In this document: positions 28,122 to 42,038 of the stretch, piece by piece | How positions within the stretch are numbered: the first letter of the stretch is position 1 | Layout: each line of letters begins with the position of its first letter | Source: Zygnema circumcarinatum SAG 698-1b | Taxonomy: Eukaryota > Plantae > Zygnematophyceae | Assembly: GCA_037447605.1 (NCBI GenBank) | Contig: CM074806.1 | Coordinates: 2,976,001 to 3,040,000, forward strand | Direction of reading: 5' to 3' | Length of the DNA: 64,000 nt | The notes under the pieces: model-generated | What the model was told of the DNA's origin: nothing | Databases searched by the model: none | Seen by the model: only the letters and a program-made list of their open reading frames with translations | Translations under genes and position numbers: made by a program

Positions 28122-31100
28122 ATGACAGGTGTGCGCTTCCTTCCTCGGTCCAAAGTGGTGCGTGGTCCAGGAACTCTGGCTACTCCAACACGTGAGTTCA
28201 ACTCCCTTAGATTTTTTTCTCTACTCTTGGAGCAAATTTTAGAAGCATACGCAATAACCTGAGTATGCTTTTGAATTCCTTAAAGGATCAATATTTGGCT
28301 GCAGCATTGTTAATGACAACGCTGGCAACGTAGGTTCTGTGCTGCAAGCAATTTCTGCATATTGGTGCTGTATGTTGAGCTGCTCTTTTGTGGCCCAAAA
28401 CATTTTCATAGTTATGCAATAGGATTGGCTGATGGGAATGGAATTGGAGAGAAAGAGAAAAAATGTTTAAAATCACTAGAAGGCACTGAGAATAAATGAA
28501 ACATAGCTCTAATAGGGAGCTACGTCTGAATTCTTAAATTCTCCTAGAAACCATACAACATGCAGAGTCCCTTGCGACGATCATCAGGGGTAAATTCTAC
28601 TGCAAAACTCCCTTGCACTGTTGGCGATAGGCAGACACCAAGTTTGGGGCGTTTTGCTGATCGTTTGATCGTCAAACGACTATAATGGGTAGATCCATCG
28701 GCTCTGGCTCATGGCAAATCTGTCCATCTTGGTTGCAGACCGAAATCAAAACAGGGCCTCTGTACAGGGAAGGAGAAAGGTTGGGGGATCGAGCCCTTTC
28801 GGCAGCCGAAATGCAAATGGTTCTCCTCTGGTTGGGCCTGCGACAGGCAGCAAGCCCATGGATAGCCGCAGCTTTCCCCAAAAGACAGAAAATTCAGAGT
28901 ATTATCAGCATCAACCGAGTGATTTGACCGGCGACGAGGAGACGTCAGCTGATGACATAGAGGTTAATCAACTTATCCCTAGCGCTTGCCACCTACCTGT
29001 GTACTGACATGGAGAAGGTAGGATTATAAGTGACTGGGAAAGCATTGGGATACACGTAAGAATTGAAAGGTGAATGGGCCTGAACAGACGTACTTCCCAT
29101 GATATGAGCCAGGGAAACGAAAATCGCTGCTTTGTTTTGACCAGATGAACATCTGCGTTGCTTGTTATTGTAATCAGCTGCTCTGCTATCTCGAATGTTC
29201 GGATTTATTTGAAAGTTGTTATTATCGTGAGACCCAGGTAGATGCATGTAAATGTGAGCTGATTAGTATAAATTGACAGCCGTTTGAGCGTCAAGGTGTC
29301 TGACTTTGGCATTCAAAACTTGAGATATTGACAGAGGGATGTCAAGCAAGGAATCATGTGATTGAATCCCTTGTGCCACATGGCTAAGACCTTGATTTTC
29401 TGGACACTTTGATTCACAGCGAAGTACGATGAGACCAGTTCATACAGTCCCTTCTAGAGGCACTCCTGCTGGATACTTAGAAGGAAGCGTACTCTCCGAG
29501 TTTGAAGCTCAGCAGGCAGTGACTCGCTGCATCGAAAACGGGGCTGCTGTAGTTGAAAGTGATGAATCACGGGACACTGACCAAAGGATGCACAGTCCAA
29601 GTGAAGAGCGACTAGAGGAGGAACTTACAGGCGAGGACGGGGATCAATCAGGCTGGAAGGATGACACGGGAATTAAGGTCAGTCTGAGGTGGTTATAATG
29701 GCTTGTTTGACTACGTTGCACTCCCTTTCCAGCTTACAATGAAGGTTCATCGAGCAATGCATAGGGAGTGGACAGATATTCGAACAAGTATCGTCTGGCA
29801 TGATGGCATCATCGTGTCTTCTCTCACGTGTGAGGCTATCAATTGACATTGAGTAATGCCGTCAGACTATATAACCAATCAGAAAAAAACCATATGATCT
29901 GGAACAATGAAGCCCATTTCTGCTTTCTAATTTAGTTTACTAGACTTTGTGGTATCAAGGTAAGGTCTTGTGATAAGTGATGCTTCAGTGAATGCTAACC
30001 TCTTTCGACTGCCTTCAGGTGATCGTGAGAGCACGGCCTCTCAATAGCCGAGAAATTGAAGAGGGTGCGACCTCCATCCTACGGCGGACTTCTCGAAGAT
30101 CACTCGTATTGAGGAACCAGTCCTATGTCTTTGATTCGGTGGCAGGGCCGGATGCATCGCAGGTAACAACCACGCATAGAGCCAGTCCACTTTTGTAGAT
30201 TAAAATAGCACCAGGAAGATTTCATATGAAAGTACTCTGCAGACTGAGCCGGCGACTCAAGTTTAGAAAACCTAAGAATCTATCAATTAGCTAAAATACA
30301 GTTTTAATTAGACGGGGTTGCATTGATCAAATCGAACGACTGGGAATCGTTGAATCAGTTGCCAGTTGAGCACGTGGATCGCATCTTCTTGCAAGGTAGA
30401 AAACATGCTTCTCAAGGGGACCAGTCATCGTCAGGAATCCTTTCTCTAAAAGGACAGGATTTGTATGTGAACTTTTCTTCCTGAGCATTTCCGGATCCTT
30501 TCTTACTTTATTCTGAAACGTCCTTGCAGAAACATATTTTTGGACTGGTTGGACGGCCGATGGTGGAAAACTGCTTAGCTGGATTCAATAGTTCGATCTT
30601 CGCATATGGCCAGGTTCTCTTAACTTTTCTCTTTCCTGTATACCGTATGTATGAACCGGTTGGTCAAGTACGGACTCCTGTACAGGGTCCCTAAAGGCTT
30701 ACAGTGGCTGCTTTCTGGGTCTGGGTGTAAAGCGAAATCTTCTGTTGACCAGTGCTGCTTACCTTCTCTTACTGAAAATACTGCCTGTCGATTCCATGCA
30801 GCGTCACTTTCCACTTCAATCTAAAGTCCTTTTGGGAAGAAAAATGGTTTCTGAAATTCACAAGTGACACGTTGCATTGACCATAGCTAGCAACTCGGAA
30901 CACAGTCATATCATGTGTATGTTCATAGAGGCTAAGTCATCAGAATCAAAGATCTTGTGTCATATTTTGCATTTGCAGACTGGGAGTGGCAAAACTCACA
31001 CAATGATGGGTGAATCGCAAGAGAACGGCCATTCCAAGGGCCGGGGGCTGACTCCTCGGCTTTTTGAGGAACTTTTTCAGCGAATTCGTGAGGTATACAT

Positions 31101-34100
31101 TCTAAACTATTTGCAACGACAAAATCAAAGAATTTGATGAGTCTATGTAGCTCGGATGCCATTCGGTAGTTTGTATGATAAATAAAGACTGGACGCTCGT
31201 TTATGGACGTATCTTGGGATGGAATGTCAAACAAAAAAGGAGGCTCATCGTGGGGTCAGATTTTTTTGAGATAACTTTTTTGTTGATAACAAACAGTTTG
31301 CTATCCTAATTTTTACTTTTAGACATGTTACAGAAGCCATTCTGTGACTATTTTCACCTTCATAACAATCGCATGAAATATGCTCTGGGTGCGTGGTGGC
31401 AGGAGGAGGCTGCAAACAAAACGAAGGAACTGAAGTATGCATGCAAATGCTCATTTCTAGAGGTGTGAAGTTATCTCCTCAAGAGCACGATCCTGTCGTA
31501 TAGCAGGAGCAAAGCAGGCGAAGGTTTTCATTAAAACAGTGACTCCTAGACCTTCAGAACATTTCTGTCCTCACAATGAAGTTTCAACGCTGTCTAAAAT
31601 TCCTCGTTTTGCTCTTTACCACTGCTTATACGATACGATTACCGAGCGTTAGGTGTAGTGTTCTAGTACAATTTACTGTGCTGGTTAGACTTATGCAAGA
31701 ATGAGAAGTGCAGCTTAGTGATCTAATCGGATTCCTCTCCTGCCCTGCTAATGATTCCTCGTGGCCATGTGGGCCAAGGCTCACCTTGAAAATGGAATGG
31801 AATCTCAGATGGGTTGCGTGTGAAATGCTGTGCAGATTTACAACGAGCAGATTATGGACCTCCTCGACCCGTCTCAGCGGAATATCCAGGTGAGTCCTCA
31901 ATTGATTGACGCACTCGATAGAAACATGGTATAGACTAAAAGATGGAATCATCAGCGGATCAGGAAGGAACTTTAGATAAGAAGGATCATAAAGGGGCCA
32001 GACTGATATCCAGTGCATTGTGAAATCCATTATGAGGCGTAAATGGCAAGTCACGGAAAATGTTTACTACAAGGATACTTGCGATTCAATTCTTTGCATT
32101 GGAGCTTATTTTCTATGCCGATATTCGTATATGTGCATTTTGCATAATTTTGTGAACCAATGCTGGATAGAACTAGAGATTTGCACCTGTTGAATGTCCC
32201 ATGTTCGGTAATGCTAGTCAGAACCAGAAGATATACAATTTTAGGCGTTAGCAGAGATGTTGTCGTATGAAAGTTTCTAGTTTGAAACAGAACCGTTTGC
32301 ACGACTAGTCCGTAAGTGCAGCAGCCATGTAGATTCAATGCCAATATGAATGGTATGACCTCGCCTGGCAGGATGAGTTGATGGCATGGCATATGCCATT
32401 CATGGCAATTTGTGTATGGCATGAAAGTGCATAAAGCTTGAGTGATAGGGAAAAGAACTAGCCAGACACGCATATAGCTAACCTTCTCAGCGTAATTCTT
32501 CTAACCAAGAAATGGGTTCTTGCGTTTGCATAATTGGCGATTTCGGCAGTTGCAGCTGCGAGAAGACACTCGGACAGGGGTGTACGTGGAGGGACTGACA
32601 GAAGAAGTAGTCTCAACCGTGGATGATGTGAATCGCCTTCTTTACCAAGTCAGTTTCTTTACCTCAATGCTTGCGGAGAAATCAGCTTTCCTGAGCATGA
32701 CAGTCTGACACTTGAGCCCAGCATTTTCTGGAGTTAGGTCACAAGATTCATGAACTCGTATGTTGGACAGTGATTAGCTACGAGATGTTTATGGGCCACA
32801 GTGTGGAGAATATATTCAGCCATTAGATAGATTCCCAAGGGTTAGGGTTAGATTCCCACGGATTCAATTCTATTGGTTTTGCTGGTGTTGGACTTGTTCT
32901 CGTTTTGATTGGTATCGAATGCACTTACTTCGGTTGCACAAGATTGATCTAGCTGGAAGTTTCATGCATTCACTAATCTGAAACCCCTTACACAGGGATT
33001 CTGGTTCTCTGTTCTCATTGTTTCCATGTCTTTCCAACTTCATTCCAAGATAAACTTGCAAAAATCATTTCGAGATGTAGCACTCTGTGGACTGAGATGA
33101 GGTCGGAGATAACATTGCTCTCCTACGTGGCTGGATGAGCAGGGAATGGCAAACCGGAAGGTCGCTGCAACAGCAATGAACAACGAAAGCTCTCGCTCTC
33201 ATAGCGTCTTCACCTGCACCATAGAATCTCAGTCCAAGGTAATCAAACTACTTGTCTTCTAGTCCAATTTGCTTATTGTATTCACTTCAAAGTCTTCTAT
33301 TGCGCTCCAAAAATACCACTCACTTGTATTGACTGCTTACGTGTAACTGACCGCATCTTGGCTGCATTGCTAATAGGTCCACAATATGTTTCTTGGAAAT
33401 GTGCTTTGGCAGAATGTTGCGGAGGGTGTGAACGCAGTAAGGTTTGCTCGCCTCAATCTGGTTGACCTTGCAGGATCGGAGCGTCAGAAGTTGACGGGTG
33501 CTGCAGGTGAGCGTTTGCGCGAGGCAGGATCGATCAATCGCTCCCTCTCCCAGCTAGGGTAAGCTTTCGGAACCACTTCAAAATGAGGAATTGGAAAGTT
33601 CCATAATGCGGATAAGCCAGCTTTGGAGATATTTTAACTTGCACGTTTGAAATGAATTGAAGCCTAACAGTCACTTTTTTCAAAAAACGGCTTAGCTGAT
33701 ACATCTCAACCACCTTAAGAAGTTCCCAAGAAAAACGTTTCATTTACCAGAAGCGAAGAAATGCCTTCTAGGTGTATCGTATGAGAGCTGGCTGACTCAA
33801 GTACATTTTAAAGCATTTCAGATTTTTGTTCGCAAGTGCTTTGACCTGATGGATTGCACTGGTGGGAACAGGAATGTGATAAAGCTACTTGCTGACATGG
33901 CACACAGCGGCAAATCCCGCCACATTCCATATCGTGATTCTCGCTTGACCTTCCTACTTCAGGAGTCCCTTGGAGGCAATGCCAGAACGGCGATGGTCTT
34001 CAATGTCAGCCCAGCAAGCACGTAAGTCTATTCCAGAGGGGGTGTTACACGATTCTACATGATCCTAAGAACTACATTTCACTGGGCCTGCCTCCGACTT

Positions 34101-37100
34101 GCCATTTTCTTATGCCGTCGCGCATATGCTTGGGTGGATCAGTAATTTTGCAGAAACTTTAGGCACACTCAAGTTTGCTCAACGAGCCAAGGCGGTACAG
34201 AACAAGGCGAAGGTGAACGAGGAAAGGACTGCTGATGTAAATGCATTACGGCAAGAAATCCGAATGCTGAAGGTGCGCTGAACAAACGACGTATAGCGTT
34301 GTTCGTGGTATAGAATTGCACTACATTCATTGCTGAAGGGTGCTATAAGTTCTGCCTGCAATGCTCTGAACAGTTGCAGTAGTCCGTTGTTGAAAAGCAA
34401 GGTAAGCGAGTAAACATTTGCTGTGAATTCGTACAGTTGCCTGAGAATGCCGATCTTGTAGCTCATTGATCTCGAAGTATGAGGCACTTGTCGGCCGAGG
34501 ACAGCACCTTCAAAAGGAAAACATTCGTCTATGATCCGTTTGAAGAGGCGGTCATTTCATTTCCTTCCTTGTCAAGCTTGTGGCTGTTTTCACAATGAAA
34601 GTTTGAATCTTGACGTGTGTATGTGCACTGCGGTTGGGGACTTGTACCAGGCCGAAATCACCCACCTCAAATCCATCGGCCAGAACACCCCTGCACCACA
34701 GAATCAAGCCGAGTCAATGGTATGTACAGACAATGGAGTACATGAACAATTCCAAGGCAACTCTTATGTGGCAGAGTGCACCTATGCGGAGGAGGGTGTG
34801 AGTGGGGATAACGCATTAGGAGACGAAGTCAATGGCAAACCAAAACGACTCTTTCTCGGAGCTCATCCAGGAATAGTTTCAGATAAACGGACAGGGGACG
34901 AAGGTAGACTAGAAAGAATTTCACTTATCGAGCACAAGGGCAGAGGAGATCGTGAGACCCACCTTATTTCTAGCAATAAAGTTGGCGTGGAATCAGGCCA
35001 TGGGTCATCCTCTTCGCTCGCAAACGCAAAGTTTTGTTCATTTGGTAAAGGAAGGGAGTTGAATTTTGGGGAGCAGGACTTTCGGAAGGACGCAATTGTT
35101 GAATTTGCCAGTGATTCTGAGCGAGTGAATGCGTGGAGGAGACTGTCAATGTTGGAAGCAAGGCCTTCCCCACTAGATAGGCTAGCGGCTCAATTACGTC
35201 TAGATTTGAATCCTCCCAACGCAAGAAATAGAAGCCCACTTAAGCCACTCAACTTTCAGAGTCTTACAGGTTCAGTGGATGTCTTCCAAGGGAGTACTCC
35301 TCTTAAGAATCTGACGGGAAAGAACGTTCTTTCACCATTAGGTCCGTATAGTGAAAGAACTGATGAAAACAGTGTAAACCCGAACTCCACTGAAGCAGCA
35401 GGAAAGCCAGGGATTATGAATGCGCGAAGTGTACAAAATGGGTGGAGGGACAAAGCGTCTCCTTTGCACCGAAAGACGTTGGTTGGCCAAGGGCGGCAGG
35501 TAAGCAAGCCATCTCTCGCAGTTTGTAAAGCACATGCATTTTCAAACAGCGCATTCTGCTCTCTATTCTGATTCCTACGTTGCGCATGTTTCTCCTGTGG
35601 GTAGTGTACCTTCATTCATTTTGTTGTAGTGGTTGAAACCCGTAGGAAACCCATACAGTTTTACAGACAAATAGTCAACGAGTTTTTGTTCTCAGCAGAC
35701 TTTCTTATCGTCGTCGCTTCAGGTGGCAAATATCAACTCAGTTAACATTGGAGAAGCATCGCCAGACGCTATGTCTCCATCTTCTAAAGAAGCTGAATAC
35801 TCAGCAATGGAAGCTCTATTGGCAGGCGCTTTGCGGAGGGAGAAGGTGGCCATGGAAGCGAACAAAAAACTAATGTCAGAAATCGAGCAACTGAATTGTG
35901 TGGTAATCACTGAATTTTGGTGCCTGAGTCTAGTTTGATTCTTTGAAATCTCTGCTTCAAATTTCCTCTGCCCATGTTGTATTGGGTCCTGCATAAGGAT
36001 ATTAGTTGTAGGCCAGCAGGAGATCGTGGAGAGAAGTTCTTAGATTGTAGAATTTAGTTCGAACAGAATTAGACATGCATGCCGGTCTGTAGGAGGTCCC
36101 GTATATCATGTCTTCCTCCATTACTACGCAGTATTCGTTCCCTTTTCCAGCTTAGTATAATTTCTTCTTTAATTTTTGAAGCAGGCGCAGAGTTGCTTGC
36201 TGTATACATCACATGCATTGTGTAATCTGACCATGATTGGGGATGATTTATTTGATGGGGTCCGCTCTCCCAGGTGAAGCAATACAAGCAGGAAAGGGTC
36301 TGTCATCAAATTTTGCAACAGGCAAGAGATGAACGCAATACCCGGTTGGAGGAACTCGCTGATAAACTTATCCCTGCTGAGACATTTCTAGGCCAAGAAT
36401 GGTCGTCTATGTCGTATCAACGCAAGGTCGGTAGCCTTACCCCGAACTCGACAATGAAATAAGCCACCAACCTTCTCAATACTCGCAAATCATCTCCTAG
36501 AGGAATTTGCATTGGTTCACGGGTCTCAGAGATCGCTCAGACAATTGAAACTTTTGATTCAGCAAGCTCGTAAGTGATGAAGAATTGTTTGCTTGAATTC
36601 TGCAGTAGAGTTTCTTAGTGAGTGATTGTGCTGAGTCTGAGCTCGTTCCACATATAGATGAGGATAAACTCATCTTCTAATGTGAAGCAGGTAATGGGCG
36701 TCACATTTCATTGTAGCTGATTGAAAGCTAACATTGACATCAGGCTGGTTCAAGTGTCCAAGGCACAGTTGTACAATCTTTGAATGTAAATGCATACCCG
36801 AATGACTTTTGGTAACGGCCATGGACGGGCAATCAAGATGCCTGCAAAACGAACACATGCATGGTCACAGTTTCACAAAGAAAATGGTCAATTGTCACTT
36901 TGGCTATTGATATCTTAGTGAAACTATGGTGGCCTTGTGCTTGGTTGCGTCTTTCCTTTCCACAGGTAATGCAAGATCAGCTATTGGATCATCCGGAAGT
37001 GGCTGCAAAGCGTTTGGAGCGACAGCGGCTGGAGAAGGAGCTCGAGCGTATGAGTGATTTTTGTGAGGTATAAAGTGGTGAAATGCCCCAGCTGATTTTT

Positions 37101-40100
37101 GCAATCAGAAATGAGGAACCACACGTGTCCTGTTTGTATTTGAATTTTAGCGACAATGGAATGAGCAAGCAACTCCTTTATGCAAGAACAATATCAGTGA
37201 GACGTATCAGTGTACGTCAAGGGTTGGTCGCCTAGACGTGACTGACTGGTCTTTGCTAGATGATTGACTTATTGTTTAAGCGTGATGCTTGATGTGAATC
37301 CCTACTCTATCTGTTCTTGCTCTTCAGACTTTTGCATTGCAGGTGTATTCTTCTCAACCTTGCACTTGAACGTGCTTTTTACCTTGCAGGCGGGAGAAAG
37401 AGAATCACTGATGTCAGAAGTTCACCAGTTGCGTGATCATGTCCTGACTTTACTCAATAAGGCAAATGGCGGTGATTCTTTATCACCTATGACGCCAATT
37501 GGTGGTAGGAGATACAGCTTCTCTACTCCTGACCAGTTGCTAGTAAGACGCTCCATTGAGCGGTCGATGGGGTCTCCAAAGCTGCTGACAAATAGTGCCC
37601 TTCCTGATGGAGAAGATCAAAGTAAGGAGGGCCCTGAACTGGAGGCAGTTGAAGAGGAAAGACATGAAAGCATAAGGAAGAGTGAGTGGGAGGAGGAGCG
37701 TGGAGAGTGGCTGGCAAAGGAAGCAGAGTGGGGAGCCAGGGAGGAGGAGTGGGTCCAGTTGGTGGAAGAACAACAGGAGAAGGTTAAGACTCTGGAAAAG
37801 GAAGTTGAGGAAATGAAGGCGGAGGTCGAAACGCAGCAACGCCTTGCTGAAGAGGCGCAAGACGCTATAGGGAGAGCATTTGAAGGGCACAGACGGCTCC
37901 TAGACCAATATGATGATCTGCAGGTGCGTTAAAAACTTTTCTCAAAATATGCTCAAACTTTTCTCAGAATAATGCTCGCCATTTTGTCGTACTTATAGAC
38001 TATTACAAACGTTTTCCCTTGGACTGAGTTTCGCTAGGTTAACGTGTTTGCGAGTCAAACTTGGGAACTCTGAGAGGCTAGCGTGCCAAGTCTCTCAGTT
38101 TGTAAATATGGTGCATAACATAGCATGACAGTTGTGCAATGCTTTCATGTTCTGTTATTCCACGCTTCCATAGCGCGTTAGCAGATGAGACTTGTTGAGT
38201 TAAGAAGCGCAGAAGTTGGATACAATCATATTTTTGAAGAAGACGGTTCCAATAGCATCCACTGTAGTTCCAGAGGCAAGGCTTTGTTCAATATTTTTCA
38301 TTTTGAAGCTCAGGGATCAGGAAACGTTTGTGAGGCCAGTGATGCTATATTCAAGCACTGTTGAATCAATCCGATATTGATGACAAAATAATGACGATCT
38401 GAGGCCTCACTCATCAGCTCTGTTCCAGGGTTGTAAACGATGTCATTAGGAAACCAATCAGACCTATATTTTTAAATTTCTGTCACTTGTTCCCTCTGTC
38501 ACTTGTTTTTTGTGTCCACTGCAGTCCTCCATTTTCTACAACTAACTACAGCTTTTGCATCAGTCCGCGAGTATACTGTGTTAACAGTGAAAAGGCTCTT
38601 TGGTCTGTGAATAATTCCAGGAGCGCCATATTGCACTACTGGCTTTGTTCAATATTTTTCATTTTGAAGCTCAGGGATCAGGAAACATTTGTGAGGCCAG
38701 TGATGCTATATTCAAGCACTGTTGAATCAATCCGATATTGATGACAAAATAATGACGATCTGAGGCCTCACTCATCAGCTCTGTTCCAGGGTTGTAAACG
38801 ATGTCATTAGGAAACCAATCAGACCTATATTTCCAAAATTCTGTCACTTGTTCCCTCTGTCACTTGTTTTTTGTGTCCACTGCAGTCCTCCATTTTCTAC
38901 AACTAACTACAGCTTTTGCATCAGTCCGCGAGTATACTGTATTAACAGTGGAAAGGCTCGTTGGTCTGTGAATAATTCCAGGAGCGCCATATTGCACTAC
39001 TGGCCAAGCAGCAGAAGATTAATAATGGTGTGGAAGACCTGAAGAAGGTGGCAGGAAAGTCGGGCGTCAATGTCGCAGCAGTGAAATGGTTTACAACCTA
39101 TGCAGCCAAAGTAACAAAAAAAGAAGTGGAATCTGAGAGGCAGAGGCAGGATACAGAGGAGGAGGTAGCAGGCCTGAGAGCTCAGTTGAAAAACACAGCA
39201 GAAACAGCTTCTGAGCTCTTGACCAGGCTGAGAAGGGCTGAGAACATAGTGGCACTTTCACATGTAAGCCTCCCTTCCTTTTGGTGGGCATCAGTGTTCT
39301 TGGGTCAAAATCGTTATAGCTTTCACTACAAATTGCTTTTCATGTCAGTGTTCGAGTTCTTGAATGGAAAGTGGAATAGGCGATAATGCATAGTGGAGAC
39401 GGTCTGATTTGGCAGAGAGCTCTAGCGATGTAGAATGTTTGCATTAACCTGAGTCTCAGGGCGATGCGTTTGCAGGCAGCTGCTGGGGCAGCTGAAAAAA
39501 AGGCAGACGAGCTCAAGCGAGAAAATGAAAAACTAAAGCGACGACATTTTGCCGAGAAGGCCAAGCTTGAGGACCTGCTGAAAGAATGCCAAAAGGTATG
39601 GCAATGACACCATTCAATCACTTCAAATGGTGGGAGATGTCAGTGAATGGAAAAAACGAGGTGAATGGAGAGTCCTATTGTCACAGCCCGATACTTGCCT
39701 TGCTGTCACTGTGTGTGTGTGTGTGTGTGTGTGTTTTTAAAAAAAAGAGAGAAAACTGAAGGAGGGCTGCGTACCTTATCAGTCTCGTGAACATGCGTGA
39801 TGAATTCTATTACAGTGTTTCCACTTATATCAGATGCTTGCTCAGGTGTGCACGTCATAGGAATCATCCGTAGGATATGAAACCTGTCGTGACATACAGA
39901 CAGCCGTTTGCGCATGGTGGAAACTAACTGATTTGGAATCATATTGTTGGTTCTGCAGAAATGCGGGAAATGTGCTACATGCAAGGAAGCAAACCGAGCA
40001 AACAGGGTGGACAAGACTCCTCCTGAAAGTAGTCTTTCAAGAGGAAAGCGTTCAACACCGCGAAGAAGCAAGCGGGCCTCTGGCAAAAGGCGACCGCTGC

Positions 40101-40678
40101 CAGTGGCTTTTCTTGAGATAACGGAAAGCTTTGATGGTACGCATGAGACTGGCCATGGTTTAGGCGAATTCGCAAGCCAGGCTCACGAGGGTGCAAAGGC
40201 GACCGTATCAGACAACCGAGCCCGTCAGATCAAGAGAGAAACCTCAATAAGAGCAAACCAGAGAGAGATTGCTGGAGAGGAAGCATATGTGTATAGCCTG
40301 ACAGCAAGCTGCGAACTGCCAGTGGAGGCAGATCACTTTGTCAACTTTAATTGGGGTGAGAATTCCAAAGATAGCCCACCAACAAGCCATGGTGGCAGTG
40401 GTTCTTGGGTTGAGGAGGCCACGGAATTGGGCATGGAGGAAAGTCCACCCCGTTATGGGGATTTCAAAGGACCAGAAAGCTCGCCTCTGAGACAGTCAGT
40501 TGCCCACTCCAATGAGTGGAATCTGGCACACGAAGATGTCCACGTACTTGGCGACGATGATAATCCGCTTGTGGGTGATTGTGAACCCCGAGTGCGGGTA
40601 AGGGAGCTATGGAGGAAATCGACAGCGAGGCTACTAAGCAAGGAGGAGTATGCAGCTATGGAGGATGTAGCATTATGA
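28122..40678 (+). CDS. KIN12A: Kinesin-12, PAKRP1/KIN12A-B type (phragmoplast-associated), multi-exon
   Basis: Motor motifs: VIVRARPLN (~30019), IFAYGQ|TGSGKTHTM (~30600/30979), NESSRSH (~33180), LVDLAGSE (~33460), [20 protein letters not shown] (~33920), [13 protein letters not shown] (~34155). The KIN12A/B-like stalk reads [47 protein letters not shown] and [22 protein letters not shown]. The last exon stops at 40678. The start is uncertain: ATG 28122 with donor 28192 is phase-compatible with the exon at 28739. Confidence 0.88.
38280..39001. repeat. 361-bp tandem duplication spanning an intron/exon junction of the kinesin
   Basis: Copies start at 38280 and 38641 and differ at a handful of positions. 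Each ends with TTCCAG|GAGCGCCATATTGCACTACT. Confidence 0.95.
39710..39734. repeat. (TG)n microsatellite, intronic
   Basis: Direct reading. Confidence 0.85.
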
Positions 40679-41174
40679 ATGTCAGGGTCTGCTAAATAGA
40701 AGGAACGTTAATATAGGAGTAAGTAATTATTGAAAGCTTTTTATTAGTTCCCTGTTATCAATCCTTACCTTGTTGGTTCTTGCCCGTGATTGTAAGGAGG
40801 CAAGTTTCTCCATGGACCAGGGTCACTTTCTAGACAGGGGAAGGAAACTTTGCCATGTATATGAAACTTACCCCAGTGCTGATTACGGAATTACAAGTTT
40901 TCGGATGATCTACTTCACAAGAGTGATGGAATCTATATCTGCTGCAGGCATACTCTGAAATGAGCTTCGAAGGATAATGTTTTCATACAAGGTACAATGG
41001 TTGATACTGGCTACTACACTACAAAGCTACCACAGACACTCGTCGTAGGAACTCATCCATGGATAATAGATAGCATCTGTCGTGCATTTCAAAAAATGAA
41101 AAAAAAAAAGTTTTATTTTCCTTTTACCTTCACGGATTTTGGTAACACGGACCTTATATTTGGCAAATACAATA

Positions 41175-42038
41175 GGGGGCGACTATTTACAGTAGGGGGT
41201 GTCAGACTTAAAAAATTTCAGTACGCGTGTTCGTAAGTTTGACATCAGAACGAGTACTCCAGTATAATCGCGATCCTCCTGCGGCGGAGTACTTTCGTAA
41301 TCTTTTTTTTCGTAACGCTTTTCGTAAGATTTTGTTAAGTCTGACACCCCCTAGTGTACGGATTCTGAATGTAGTGTACGATTTCGCCGGGCAGCAAAAA
41401 AAAATCATTTTTTTGGTTGCCCGGCGCTGTTTCATACTTTTTAGAATAGATATAGACCTTTTTTCGTCGGATGTACGGATAGTGATTTGAAATGTACCAA
41501 GCGCGCGCGTCTACAAGGTAGAAGGGCGCAACACGTGGAGCGACATGATTGGTGCGGCAACATATGACGTGACAAGTATGTTTGGGACCGTGACGTGACG
41601 AAACGAGACGCGACAAAAGTGGAGTCCGCGGACGGCAGTCGGAAATGGCGGGAATAAAAACTGACAGATTTTTCCTGAAACACGCTACGTTATGTGCCCT
41701 ACCTTTCTCTGTCAGTTTTAATTCCGGCCATTTCCGACTGCCGTCCGCGGACTCCACTTTTTTCGCGTCTCGTTTTGTCACGTCACGGTCCCAAACATAC
41801 TTGCCACGTCATATGTTGCCGCGACCAATCATGTTGCTCCACGTGTTGCGCCCTTATACCTTGTCGACGCGCGCGCTTCGTACATTTCAAATCACTATCC
41901 GTACATCCGACGAAAAAAGGTCTGTATCTATTCTAAAAAGTATGAAACAGCGCCGGGCAACCATAAAAAGGATTTTTTTGCTGCCCGGCGAAATCGTACA
42001 CTACATTCAGAATCCGTACACTGTAAATAGTCGCCCCC
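41175..42038. mobile_element. Foldback/Mutator-like hairpin element
   Basis: Arms at 41175-41668 (including a MITE insert) and 41708-42038 are ~330-bp near-perfect inverted repeats around a 39-bp loop. The termini are GGGGGCGACTATTT. ATACAATA is an exact 8-bp TSD (41167-41174, 42039-42046). Confidence 0.9.
41194..41352. mobile_element. MITE with a 3-bp AGT TSD, nested in the left arm of the foldback element
   Basis: TIR AGGGGGTGTCAGACTTA is perfect over 17 bp. AGT lies on both sides. The opposite foldback arm shows the empty site TTTAC-AGT-GTACGG. Confidence 0.85.
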
